Program-made: the position numbers and the translations under genes
The notes under the pieces: model-generated
What the model was told of the DNA's origin: nothing
What the model saw: the letters and a program-made list of their open reading frames with translations, nothing else
The model's database searches: none
From: Minisyncoccota bacterium
Lineage (GTDB): Bacteria; Patescibacteriota; Minisyncoccia; Phycocordibacterales; UBA9973
DNA length: 64,000 nt
Assembly (NCBI GenBank): GCA_041648595.1
Contig: JBAZOQ010000001.1
Span: 82,242 to 146,241, forward strand
Reading direction: 5' to 3'
Part shown: piece by piece, positions 9,902-19,138 of the stretch
Layout: every line of letters starts with the position of its first letter
How positions within the stretch are numbered: the first letter of the stretch is position 1

Positions 9902-10558
9902 TTATTTATACCTTTTCATGAAAACTTTTGCAATAGATTGTAATTTACGAGCTACGGAAACATCTGAATAATGAAGTTTAATACAGCCTTGATATCCTTC
10001 TTTTTTATATTTTCCGCTATTTGATTTTAAATAACTTCTATTGAATTGCTCTTTTGGTATTTTTGTTATTTTTGACCAAAAATCTTTTTGGATTTTTTCA
10101 TTATGATATTTATGCAGATGCATTAAAATTCTAAACTTCTTCTCATCTAAATCAAAAGAATTTCTAAACAAATATAAGAAGGTAACAATTAGATCTGGGT
10201 CAGAATTTGTAAATGTTACAAGACTTTTAAGAGATTTATTGCCTTCACAAAAATAAATCATAGCACATAAGATAGCTCGGTCTGCTTTGGTACAATCAGT
10301 TTTAGAAAGTATCTCTTTTGCAAAATTATCAGCTTGAATATTTTTTTGACGAGTTTTTTCTTTTATTGTTTTTTGAGAAGCTAGTTGACCGTTTGTATAA
10401 TTCTTTTTTAGTCGAGCTTGAGCTTTGTCAGAAAGTTTTATTCCTTGTATCCATATAGAGATAGTGCCTTTAGATACCCCGAGCATTTTATGAAGTTCTT
10501 TCACAGAATATCCTTTCTTCCTCAATTCTGTAGCTTTTATTTGTAAGTCTTTTTTCAT
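9902..10558 (-). CDS. HTH plus LAGLIDADG-like domain protein adjacent to tRNA
   Basis: N-terminal HTH (LRKKGYSVKEL...VSKGTISIW); AMIYFCEG...FTNSDP resembles the LAGLIDADG-type fold. Confidence 0.6.
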   Translation of the reverse strand: MKKDLQIKATELRKKGYSVKELHKMLGVSKGTISIWIQGIKLSDKAQARLKKNYTNGQLASQKTIKEKTRQKNIQADNFAKEILSKTDCTKADRAILCAMIYFCEGNKSLKSLVTFTNSDPDLIVTFLYLFRNSFDLDEKKFRILMHLHKYHNEKIQKDFWSKITKIPKEQFNRSYLKSNSGKYKKEGYQGCIKLHYSDVSVARKLQSIAKVFMKRYK

Positions 10559-10617
10559 AAAATAGTATTTTATATATTATGTTATATAACTATTATACTA
10601 CATACAAAAACAAAAAG

Positions 10618-10641
10618 AAATCCCCCTAGAGAGGGGGATTT
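10618..10641 (-). terminator. Intrinsic terminator after rpmG
   Basis: aaatccccct-agag-agggggattt with U-tract on the minus strand. Confidence 0.7.
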
Positions 10642-10655
10642 TCTGACGACTTTAA

Positions 10656-10814
10656 TTACTTCTTAATCTCTTTATGCTTAACTTGTTTTTTGCACCATTT
10701 GCAATACTTCTTGAGCTCAATCTTTTTAGTGACGAGTTTCTTATTTTTACTGGACCAGTAATTTATACGTTTACAGGTAGTACATGCAAGTTTTATAAGT
10801 CTTTCTTGTGACAT
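10656..10814 (-). CDS. rpmG: 50S ribosomal protein L33 (not in ORF track)
   Basis: MSQERLIKLACTTCKRINYWSSKNKKLVTKKIELKKYCKWCKKQVKHKEIKK. Confidence 0.92.
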   Translation of the reverse strand: MSQERLIKLACTTCKRINYWSSKNKKLVTKKIELKKYCKWCKKQVKHKEIKK

Positions 10815-10851
10815 GTATATAGAATAATATAAAATCCTTTAAAAAGCAACC

Positions 10852-11763
10852 TTATATCAATTTTTTTAAATTTATCTTTTTGGATGCATCAAACCACTTA
10901 ATTTCTTTATCGCGTTTAAACCATGTCATTTGGCGTTTTGTGTATTTTATAGTTTCTTTTACAACTTTTTTATAAGTAGGGGAATCGTATTCAAAACCAA
11001 ACTCTTTTAGTCTTTTCTCTGATATACCAAATTTTTTGAGTTTTTTTATTTCATTAAGTAAACCATCTGCAAACATTTTTTTAACTCTTTTTTCTATTTT
11101 CTTTTTTAAAATATCTGTTGGTAAATATAATCCAATTTTTATGAATTTATATGGTGATACACTTTCTGCCATGGCAGAGTTTGTATCACTTTGTAGTTTT
11201 GGAACTTTACCGAGAGCTTTTGCTATCTCTATTGCTCTCACTAATCTCACTTTATTATTTAACTCATTTTTATTTTTAATATCTTTTGCACGTCTAGGGT
11301 CTAATTTTTTCAAATACTCAAATAATGCTATCGCAGATTTTGAGTATAATGCTTTTCTCAATTTCAAATTTGGTGGAACTTTTGGAAAAACTGTCCCTTT
11401 AGTAATTGCATCAATATAAAAACCAGTACCTCCACAGATAATTGGAGTTTTACCTTTTTTTACAATCTCAGCCATGGCGTAGATTGCTTTTTTTTGATAT
11501 TTGGCTACTGTGAATTTCCGTTTAGGATCTACAACATCAATAAGATGATGAAAAATTCCTTTCATTTCTTTAGTAGTAATTTTTCCAGTCCCAATATCAA
11601 GTCCTTTATAAACTTGTCTAGAATCAGCAGAAATAACCTCTGCACCGTTTATCCCTGCTTTTTTAGCTTGTCCTGAGCTTAGTCGAAGGGCAATTTTAAC
11701 AGCTAAATTACTCTTTCCAGTAGCTGTAGGGCCTAATATTACAATAACTTTTGGTTTTTGCAT
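10852..11763 (-). CDS. miaA: tRNA dimethylallyltransferase
   Basis: GPTATGKS, ISADSRQVY, GGTGFY, KRQMTWF. Confidence 0.95.
   Translation of the reverse strand: MQKPKVIVILGPTATGKSNLAVKIALRLSSGQAKKAGINGAEVISADSRQVYKGLDIGTGKITTKEMKGIFHHLIDVVDPKRKFTVAKYQKKAIYAMAEIVKKGKTPIICGGTGFYIDAITKGTVFPKVPPNLKLRKALYSKSAIALFEYLKKLDPRRAKDIKNKNELNNKVRLVRAIEIAKALGKVPKLQSDTNSAMAESVSPYKFIKIGLYLPTDILKKKIEKRVKKMFADGLLNEIKKLKKFGISEKRLKEFGFEYDSPTYKKVVKETIKYTKRQMTWFKRDKEIKWFDASKKINLKKLI
11154..11486. repeat. Three CAA-N5-GCnATnGC-N5-TTG-type palindromes in miaA (11154-11189, 11314-11347, 11463-11486)
   Basis: Same geometry as the palindromes flanking the PaaX-like gene at 63104 and 63602. Confidence 0.7.
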
Positions 11764-11772
11764 TAGAAATTT

Positions 11773-13104
11773 TTATTTCAAAATTTTAATATCTGCACCA
11801 ATAGAATTTAAACGTTTAGCTATCTCTTCATAGCCACGGTTTATCATATATACATTACGTAAAATGGATGTACCTGGGGCTGCAAGCATAGAAATGAGTA
11901 TTACCATTGATGGGCGTAATGCAGGTGGACAGACGACTTGAGCAGCTTTGAGTGGTGTTCCACCTTGTATGTAAACTCTATGAGGATCAGCAAGAGTAAT
12001 ATTTGCCCCCAAACGATTTAATTCAGTAAAATATATTGCGCGGTTTTCATAAACCCAATCGTGTATCATAGTTTGACCTTTTGCACGGATAGCAATAGGT
12101 ACAAAGAATGGTAAATTATCTATATTTATTCCAGGATATGGATTGGAGTGAATTTTGTCAGTTAATGCTTTTAATTTACTTGGAAAGATTTCAATGTCAG
12201 CAAGTTTAGTACGTCCATTATAAGAGTAATATCTTTTCAGAATTTTAAATTTTAAATTCATTCTTTTTAATTTTTCAAGTTCAAGAGAAAGAAAATCAAT
12301 AGGACAACGTGTTATGGTGAGTCTAGAATCAGTGACAATACAAGCAGATATAAACATCATAGATTCTATAGGGTCTTCACTATTCCAATATTCAATATTT
12401 TTATTTACTTCTTTTATTCCATGAACGATCAATGTAGAAGTGCCTATGCCTTCTATTTTTACTCCTAATATTTCAAGAAAAAAACATATTTCCTGAACCA
12501 TATAATTTGCACTGGCAAAAGATATTTTTGTATCGCCCACAATCAAAGCTGATGCAGTTAAAACATTTTCACAAGCAGTGTCTCCAGATTCATACATTAC
12601 TATATCTCTAGATTTTAAATTTTTTGCACTAATTTCATAATTTTGTGATGTAGTTTTTATTTTTAGTCCTAATTCTTCAAGTGCATAAGTATGAGCTGCA
12701 ATAGTACGTTTTCCTAAATTACAACCTTGTGCATGTGGTAGTGAAAAGGAAGATAAATAATGAATAAGTGGACCTATTAGCATTACAATAGAACGAGTTT
12801 TTATTGCTGAATCAATATTTATATTTTTTAAATTAAAATTTTTAGGTGGATTGATTATTACAGTATTTTGATCTTGCCATTTGATTTTTACTCCAATACT
12901 TTCCAATATTTCGATTACTCTATTCACTTCTTCAATACGAGCAATGCCATGTAACGTGGTTGTTCCTTTATTCAAAAGGGAAGCACAAAGAAGTCCAACA
13001 GAACCATTTTTAGAAAAATTAGTTTTTATGGTTCCACTTAATTTTTTTCCACCATTTACTAAAAAATCAGTAGAGATGCTCGGTTGTATTTTTATTTTTT
13101 TCAT
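11773..13104 (-). CDS. murA: UDP-N-acetylglucosamine 1-carboxyvinyltransferase
   Basis: SKN, GCNLGKR, PYPG, YENR, RGYE motifs; start set at MKKIKI, downstream of tRNA-Leu. Confidence 0.92.
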   Translation of the reverse strand: MKKIKIQPSISTDFLVNGGKKLSGTIKTNFSKNGSVGLLCASLLNKGTTTLHGIARIEEVNRVIEILESIGVKIKWQDQNTVIINPPKNFNLKNINIDSAIKTRSIVMLIGPLIHYLSSFSLPHAQGCNLGKRTIAAHTYALEELGLKIKTTSQNYEISAKNLKSRDIVMYESGDTACENVLTASALIVGDTKISFASANYMVQEICFFLEILGVKIEGIGTSTLIVHGIKEVNKNIEYWNSEDPIESMMFISACIVTDSRLTITRCPIDFLSLELEKLKRMNLKFKILKRYYSYNGRTKLADIEIFPSKLKALTDKIHSNPYPGINIDNLPFFVPIAIRAKGQTMIHDWVYENRAIYFTELNRLGANITLADPHRVYIQGGTPLKAAQVVCPPALRPSMVILISMLAAPGTSILRNVYMINRGYEEIAKRLNSIGADIKILK

Positions 13105-13110
13105 ATTCTG

Positions 13111-13194
13111 TGCCCAGGGAGAGAATCGAACTCTCATGATGTTGCCATCAATAGATTTTGAGTCTATCGCGTCTACCAATTCCGCCACCTGGGC
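13111..13194 (-). tRNA. tRNA-Leu(CAA)
   Basis: gcccagg/cctgggc acceptor stem, loop CTCAAAA, long variable arm, GTTCGATT. Confidence 0.92.
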
Positions 13195-13267
13195 AATCCA
13201 CACATTTTACACAAAAATCACATTAAAATCAATTTAATAAAAAATATTAATATGCTAGAATAGATTC

Positions 13268-14314
13268 ATGTCTACTTTATACTCCAACTCAATTTTTTGG
13301 ATTGATACAGACAAGATCAAACCAAATCCATATCAACCAAGACGAGATTTTGATGAAACTCGACTTCAAGATTTAGCTGACTCAATTAAACAATATGGAG
13401 TATTGCAACCTTTGACAGTTTCTCGTGTTGAGATAGAAAAGGAAGATGGAGGTCTTGCAACAGAATATGAACTTATAGCAGGAGAAAGAAGATTAAGAGC
13501 AGCTATTTTAGCTAGAGTATCACAAGTGCCAGCTATTATTCGTGTCGGAGATACTTCAATGATGAAACTTGAACTCGCTATTATAGAAAATTTACAACGT
13601 GAAGATTTAAATGTTGTTGATCGTGCAAGAGCATTTTTTCGTTTAACTAGTGAATTTAAATTCACTCATAATGAAGTTGCTAAAAAAATGGGTAGAAGTA
13701 GGGAATATGTTTCAAATACTTTACGTATTTTGGCATTGCCTGAAGAAGTACTTAATGCATTGTCTGAAGGAAAAATTACAGAAGGACATACGAGACCAAT
13801 TTTGATGCTTACAGATCATCCAGAAGAACAAATGGTTTTATTTAAAGAAATTTTATATAAAAAAATAACTGTTAGAGAAGCAGAAAGATTAGCTAGAAAA
13901 ATTGCTTATGATCGTGTACGTAAAAAAGAATTTTTGCCAGATCCAGAAATAGTAGAACTTGAAGAAGAGTTTCAAGATAAATTAGGTACACGTGTTCATA
14001 TAGATAGAAAAGAACTAGGTGGACAAATTAAAATTGATTTCTTTTCTACTGAAGATTTACGTGCAATTTTAGATTTAATAAATAAATCAGCAATTGAAAG
14101 GAAGTTAGATGATGCTCCTGCTCATGCAGGAATGTTAGAAAATTATATTGCTAAAAATACAGAAACCGTAAATGTTGAACAGATAACACCTGAACAAATG
14201 TCAGAATTAGCCATCAATTCTTCTGAAATTCCATTAGACGATAGAACAAAAAATGAAATAAAAAAAGAAGAAGATGAAGATCATTTATACGATATTTCTA
14301 ATTTTAGCGTTTAA
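13268..14314 (+). CDS. parB: ParB/Spo0J partition protein
   Basis: PNPYQPR, IAGERRLRA, ENLQREDL, HTH. Confidence 0.93.
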   Translation: MSTLYSNSIFWIDTDKIKPNPYQPRRDFDETRLQDLADSIKQYGVLQPLTVSRVEIEKEDGGLATEYELIAGERRLRAAILARVSQVPAIIRVGDTSMMKLELAIIENLQREDLNVVDRARAFFRLTSEFKFTHNEVAKKMGRSREYVSNTLRILALPEEVLNALSEGKITEGHTRPILMLTDHPEEQMVLFKEILYKKITVREAERLARKIAYDRVRKKEFLPDPEIVELEEEFQDKLGTRVHIDRKELGGQIKIDFFSTEDLRAILDLINKSAIERKLDDAPAHAGMLENYIAKNTETVNVEQITPEQMSELAINSSEIPLDDRTKNEIKKEEDEDHLYDISNFSV

Positions 14315-15780
14315 GAACGTCCAAAAGATTTAAGTTTAGAGAGCAAACTATTTTTTTCTAGATAAGATCTGATATTCTTTTTTGCTACATTTGTTTTTGA
14401 ATACTCAAGCCATTTAGAAGATGGATGAGAATCTTTTCTTGTTACTATTTCTACTATATCTCCATTCTTAAGATTTGAAAGTATTGGAGCTATTTTATTG
14501 TTTACTTTTACTCCAGTTATATGATCACCAATGTCTGAATGTATAGCATAAGCAAAATCAATTGGACTAGAATCTTCTGGTAGGTCTATAACATCACCCT
14601 TTGGTGTAAAAATAAAAATACGGTCGTTAAAAAAATCAGTTTTAAGATGTTCTAAATATTTTAAAGGATTATGTAAATCGTAATTAAAATCTTTTAATTC
14701 TTCTATCCATTTAAATTTAGATTTATCGTCTTTATCTTTTTTATAATTTTTTTCTTTATAGGCAAAATGAGCTGCTATACCATAAGCTGCCTCTTCATGC
14801 ATTTCTTTTGTTCTTATTTGGATTTCTGCAGTTCCTCCTGAACCAGTAAAAATAGTCGTATGTATAGAACGATATCCATTTGGCTTAGGAACAGCTATAT
14901 AATCTTTAATTCTACCTGGTAATGGTTTCCACAGAGAATGTATTATTCCTAAAACTCTATAACATTCTTCTACACTTTCTACTACGACACGAAGAGCGAC
15001 AATATCATTAATTTTTGATATATCCATATCACGCTTTAGAAGTTTTTTCCATAAACTATATTTATGTTTCATTCGATAATCAATTTCGATTACCTTGACT
15101 TTGTTTTTATAAAGTTCTTTTTTGAGTTCACTATGTACTTCTGCTAAATATTTTTGATATAAATTTTTTTCTTCTTTTATTATTTCTTCTATTTCTGCAT
15201 ATTCTTTTGGATAAGCAAAAGGGAAAGCTGCATCTTCTAATTCACCTTTTAAATTTCCCATTCCTAAACGATTTGCAAGTGGAGCATAAACTTCTAAAGA
15301 TTCCATTGCTATTCTTTGTTTTTTATCTTCCCTTATAAACTGTAATGTACGTAAATTATGAAGTCTGTCTGCAAATTTTATAATGACGACTCTTAGGTCG
15401 TTAGTCATAGCAACAAAAAATTTTCTTAAACTTTCTACATGTCTCTCATGTCCTCTGTATTTTAAAGTTCCAAGTTTTGTAACACCATTAACTAAAAAAA
15501 CAATATTGTCTCCAAACTCTTTTTTCATTTCTTCTTCTGTAATTTTTGTATCTTCCAATACATCATGCAACAATCCTGCACTGATAGTTTCAACATCCAT
15601 TCCAAGTTGAGCTAATATTTTAGCAGTTTCAAATACATGAGAAAAATATGGTTTTCCATCCATTCTCTTTTGACCTTCATGAGCACGTTCTGCAAAATTA
15701 TAAGCTTTTTCTATAAGATCCTTATCTTTTATGCTTATTTTTCCAACTATAAGATCTATTATTTCTTTAACATTGGACAT
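14311..15780 (-). CDS. relA: RelA/SpoT family protein (HD, synthetase, TGS; short form)
   Basis: LLHDVLED, KFADRLHN, KDYIAVPKPNGYRSIH, FTPKGD (TGS). Confidence 0.9.
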   Translation of the reverse strand: MSNVKEIIDLIVGKISIKDKDLIEKAYNFAERAHEGQKRMDGKPYFSHVFETAKILAQLGMDVETISAGLLHDVLEDTKITEEEMKKEFGDNIVFLVNGVTKLGTLKYRGHERHVESLRKFFVAMTNDLRVVIIKFADRLHNLRTLQFIREDKKQRIAMESLEVYAPLANRLGMGNLKGELEDAAFPFAYPKEYAEIEEIIKEEKNLYQKYLAEVHSELKKELYKNKVKVIEIDYRMKHKYSLWKKLLKRDMDISKINDIVALRVVVESVEECYRVLGIIHSLWKPLPGRIKDYIAVPKPNGYRSIHTTIFTGSGGTAEIQIRTKEMHEEAAYGIAAHFAYKEKNYKKDKDDKSKFKWIEELKDFNYDLHNPLKYLEHLKTDFFNDRIFIFTPKGDVIDLPEDSSPIDFAYAIHSDIGDHITGVKVNNKIAPILSNLKNGDIVEIVTRKDSHPSSKWLEYSKTNVAKKNIRSYLEKNSLLSKLKSFGRS

Positions 15781-15802
15781 GCTCGATATTATAACACTAT
15801 TT

Positions 15803-18058
15803 TTATTCTATTTTAGATAACTTATGTGGATTATGATTTGGACAGGATTTGTCACTACATCTATCAGGAATAGTTTTTGTGCCTTCCATCATTAATGATC
15901 CACACTTATTACATAATTTACCTGTAGGTTTTGCTTTTATTGCATATTTACAATCAGGATAATTTGAACAAGAATAAAATATACCAAAACGTCCTCTTCT
16001 TTCACTTATATCTCCTTTTTTACATACAGGACAAATGACGCCGGTTCTTTTTTTAGCCTCTTCAGCTTCATCTTTTTTAATAAATTTACATTTTGGATAA
16101 CGTGAACAAGAGATAAAAGTACCTGTTCCATCACGTCTTTCTTTTATAATCAATTTACCACCACCTTGTTTTCCTTTTTTCTCTCCACATTCAGGGCACA
16201 ATTCTCCAGTTTCTTTAGGTCCTTCCAGTTCTGTTCCATCTAATCTTAATGCTCCATCACAATCTGGATATTTAATACAAGAATAAAATTTACCACCACG
16301 AGAAAGTTTTATAATCATTTTATCTCCACATTTTGGGCATTTCATATTTTCTGGTGCTTCTCCTAGGTTTGTCGCTTTCTCTAATTTCTCTTTTATTTTT
16401 ATTTCTTTTGAAAATGGTCCATAAAAATCTTTTAATGTTTTCTCGTATTCACGTTCACCGCGTGATATTTCATCTAATTCATCTTCCATTTCTGCTGTAA
16501 ATGTATCAGAAATATAATTTGCAAAATGTGTTTCTAAAAATAGAGACACAACTTCACCAACATCAGTAGGGAATAGAGTTTTATTTTCTTTTCTTACGTA
16601 TTCACGATCTTCTAGCGTCTTCATTATGGAAGCATAAGTAGATGGTCTACCTATATCACGAGCTTCCAATTCTTTAATAAGGCCAGCCTCACTATATCTA
16701 TTTGGTGGTTCTGTAAATTTTTCTTCTTTTATTAAATTTAGTAATTTTAATTTTTCTCCAATTTTCACTTCTGGTAATTCTATGTCTTCTCCTCTACTAT
16801 CCTTCTCAACTTCCAACCATCCTCTAAAAAGAATTCTTGAACCAGTAGCTGTAAAGTCTGGAAATTCAAATTCTGCGGAAGCCTTGCTTCCGCGAGTACG
16901 CGGAAGCAAGGCTTCCGCAGAAATATTTGCACTTATTTTTGTTTTTAATAATCTTGCATCAGTCATTTGAGATGAGACAGTACGTTCCCAAATCAATTTA
17001 TAAAGTCTCTGTTGTTCGTCGGTACCCGCTCCAAGATTTTCTATATGAGTCGGACGAATTGCTTCGTGTGCTTCTTGTGCATTTTTAGATTTAGTTTTAT
17101 ATATTTTAGCTTCTGCATAATTTTTTCCATATTTTTTTTTAACAAGAGAAATGATTTGGGTTTGTGCTACTGCGGATAGGTTTGTACTATCTGTTCGCAT
17201 ATATGTAATATGTCCAGCTTCATAAAGTTTTTGTGCTAATTGCATTGTTTTTGAAGGAGAATAACCAAGTCGTGAACTTGCTGTTTGTTGTAATGTAGAA
17301 GTAGTAAATGGTGCACGAGGTGTTCGTTTTTGTTCTGATTCTTTTACTCCAGTTACTAACCAATCTCCATTTTTTCCTTCTTCTAATATTTTTTCAACTA
17401 AATCTTTTTCTCTTGGTTCCTTGGAACAATTTAATGTTATCTTTGCTTTTTTGAGTGTTTCAAAAAGACCCAAAAGTTTCCAATATTGTTCAGGAATAAA
17501 AGCACGGATTTCTCTTTCGCGTTCCATTATTATACGAAGTGCAGGGGATTGGACTCTTCCTGCAGAGAGCCCATAACGTACTTTTTTCCAAATAAGTCCT
17601 GAAAGATCATATCCTACAAGTCTATCCAAAACTCGTCTCGCTTCTTGAGCTTTTCTTAAGTTTGTATCAATTTCTCTTGGATTTTTTAATGCTTCAATAA
17701 CTGCTTCTTTTGTTATTTCATAAAAAGCTACACGCTTTATTGGTGCCTTTACTTTTTTATCTTTTTTTAATAGTTCTTCTATGTGCCATGCTATAGCTTC
17801 TCCTTCACGATCAGGGTCTGTTGCTAATAAAATTTCTGTTGCTTTTTCTCCAAGTGTTTGAAGTTCATGAACAACTTTTTCTTTACCACGAGAAATCTCA
17901 TAATGTGGTATAAAGCCACCTTCTATGTCTATTGCTGTTTTATTTGATTTAGGTAAATCACGAATATGTCCAATAGAAGCACGTACTGTGTACGCACCTT
18001 CTAAATATTTTTCTATAGTTTTTGCTTTTGATGGTGACTCAACAATAAGTAATTTCAT
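15803..18058 (-). CDS. topA: DNA topoisomerase I
   Basis: VESPSKAK, DPDREGE, ITYMRTDS, C-terminal zinc ribbons. Confidence 0.96.
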   Translation of the reverse strand: MKLLIVESPSKAKTIEKYLEGAYTVRASIGHIRDLPKSNKTAIDIEGGFIPHYEISRGKEKVVHELQTLGEKATEILLATDPDREGEAIAWHIEELLKKDKKVKAPIKRVAFYEITKEAVIEALKNPREIDTNLRKAQEARRVLDRLVGYDLSGLIWKKVRYGLSAGRVQSPALRIIMEREREIRAFIPEQYWKLLGLFETLKKAKITLNCSKEPREKDLVEKILEEGKNGDWLVTGVKESEQKRTPRAPFTTSTLQQTASSRLGYSPSKTMQLAQKLYEAGHITYMRTDSTNLSAVAQTQIISLVKKKYGKNYAEAKIYKTKSKNAQEAHEAIRPTHIENLGAGTDEQQRLYKLIWERTVSSQMTDARLLKTKISANISAEALLPRTRGSKASAEFEFPDFTATGSRILFRGWLEVEKDSRGEDIELPEVKIGEKLKLLNLIKEEKFTEPPNRYSEAGLIKELEARDIGRPSTYASIMKTLEDREYVRKENKTLFPTDVGEVVSLFLETHFANYISDTFTAEMEDELDEISRGEREYEKTLKDFYGPFSKEIKIKEKLEKATNLGEAPENMKCPKCGDKMIIKLSRGGKFYSCIKYPDCDGALRLDGTELEGPKETGELCPECGEKKGKQGGGKLIIKERRDGTGTFISCSRYPKCKFIKKDEAEEAKKRTGVICPVCKKGDISERRGRFGIFYSCSNYPDCKYAIKAKPTGKLCNKCGSLMMEGTKTIPDRCSDKSCPNHNPHKLSKIE
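16871..16922. repeat. Perfect hairpin (24-bp arms, 4-nt loop) in frame within topA
   Basis: ttctgcggaagccttgcttccgcg-agta-cgcggaagcaaggcttccgcagaa, encoding SAEALLPRTRGSKASAE. Confidence 0.9.
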
Positions 18059-18068
18059 TTTATTTTTT

Positions 18069-18099
18069 TATAAGCTATAAGCTAAAACCTATAAGCTGT
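18069..18099 (-). repeat. 31-bp heptamer-periodic element upstream of topA
   Basis: acagcttataggttttagcttatagcttata on the minus strand. Confidence 0.75.
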
Positions 18100-18148
18100 A
18101 TTTAACAGTATTACACGAAATATATTTTTTTTGCAAATTTGAATTCTT

Positions 18149-19012
18149 TTAACCCAATCGTATTTCCCCCATTTCTTCTTTTATTAATTCTTTTATTTCC
18201 ATCACAGTGAGTATTGCATTTGCATTAGGTGTCGGCATTTTCATAGCTCTTATTAAATCATCTCTTGGAATAGGTTCACGAAGTAAATCTACTACTTTTT
18301 TTTCTTCAGTTGATAAATCTATAAAAAGTTTTTCTTGCTTTTCTTTATCTTTTGGTTTTTCAAACCCTAGTGCCTCTAATACATCCTCTGCACAAGTTAT
18401 GGGTGTAGCCCCTTGTCGTATTAATCTATTTGTTCCTTTTGAATTTGATGAAAAAACTGATCCAGGTATAGCAAGCACATCTCTATTATATTCAGTAGCA
18501 AGTCGTGCAGTAATTAATGTTCCAGATTTTTCCTCGGCTTCTATTATAAGTACAGCTTTAGAAATTCCTGCCATTAATCTATTTCGCATTGGGAAGCTCC
18601 ATTGTGTGGCCTTGAAATCTGGTTCAAATTCTGAAATTAAACATCCACCAGTCTCTATTACATCTCTCATGAGTCTTACATTTGTTTTTGGATATATTGC
18701 TTCATCTCCTAAACCTGAGCCAGGGAAAACTATAGTTTTGAGTCCTACTTGCATTGCTTTTTTATGAGATATTGTATCTATACCTATAGCAAAACCAGAA
18801 ACTATGGCTATTGGATAACCTTTTAAACCAGCAATTATTTTTTCACAAATTTCTTTTCCGTATGAAGTAAATTTACGAGAGCCAACTACTGATAAATAAA
18901 TTAAATTTTTTTCAGTAGGTAAATCACCGATTATCCATAAATCTTCTGGGGGTTGTGGAATTTCTAATAATGCAGCAGGGAATTCTTTTTTGTTTAATTT
19001 TCTTATTTTCAT
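18149..19012 (-). CDS. dprA: DNA-protecting protein DprA
   Basis: VVGSR, IVSGFAIGID, FPMRNRLMAG, SGTLITA; start set at MKIRK. Confidence 0.93.
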   Translation of the reverse strand: MKIRKLNKKEFPAALLEIPQPPEDLWIIGDLPTEKNLIYLSVVGSRKFTSYGKEICEKIIAGLKGYPIAIVSGFAIGIDTISHKKAMQVGLKTIVFPGSGLGDEAIYPKTNVRLMRDVIETGGCLISEFEPDFKATQWSFPMRNRLMAGISKAVLIIEAEEKSGTLITARLATEYNRDVLAIPGSVFSSNSKGTNRLIRQGATPITCAEDVLEALGFEKPKDKEKQEKLFIDLSTEEKKVVDLLREPIPRDDLIRAMKMPTPNANAILTVMEIKELIKEEMGEIRLG

Positions 19013-19138
19013 AAAAGATATTATTTTATATTTTGTAATTATACTACTTATAGTATATAATATAAATACTTGTCCCGTAGTAAATTTTTGATTACGTGAC
19101 ATAAAGATAAAGATTATTAATAAAATTTTACTACTGGG

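Noticed and set aside
13105-13203. N-terminal extension of MurA (MWIAQVAELVDA...) in the ORF track
   Set aside because: It is tRNA-Leu read in frame; the likely start is the ATG at 13104.
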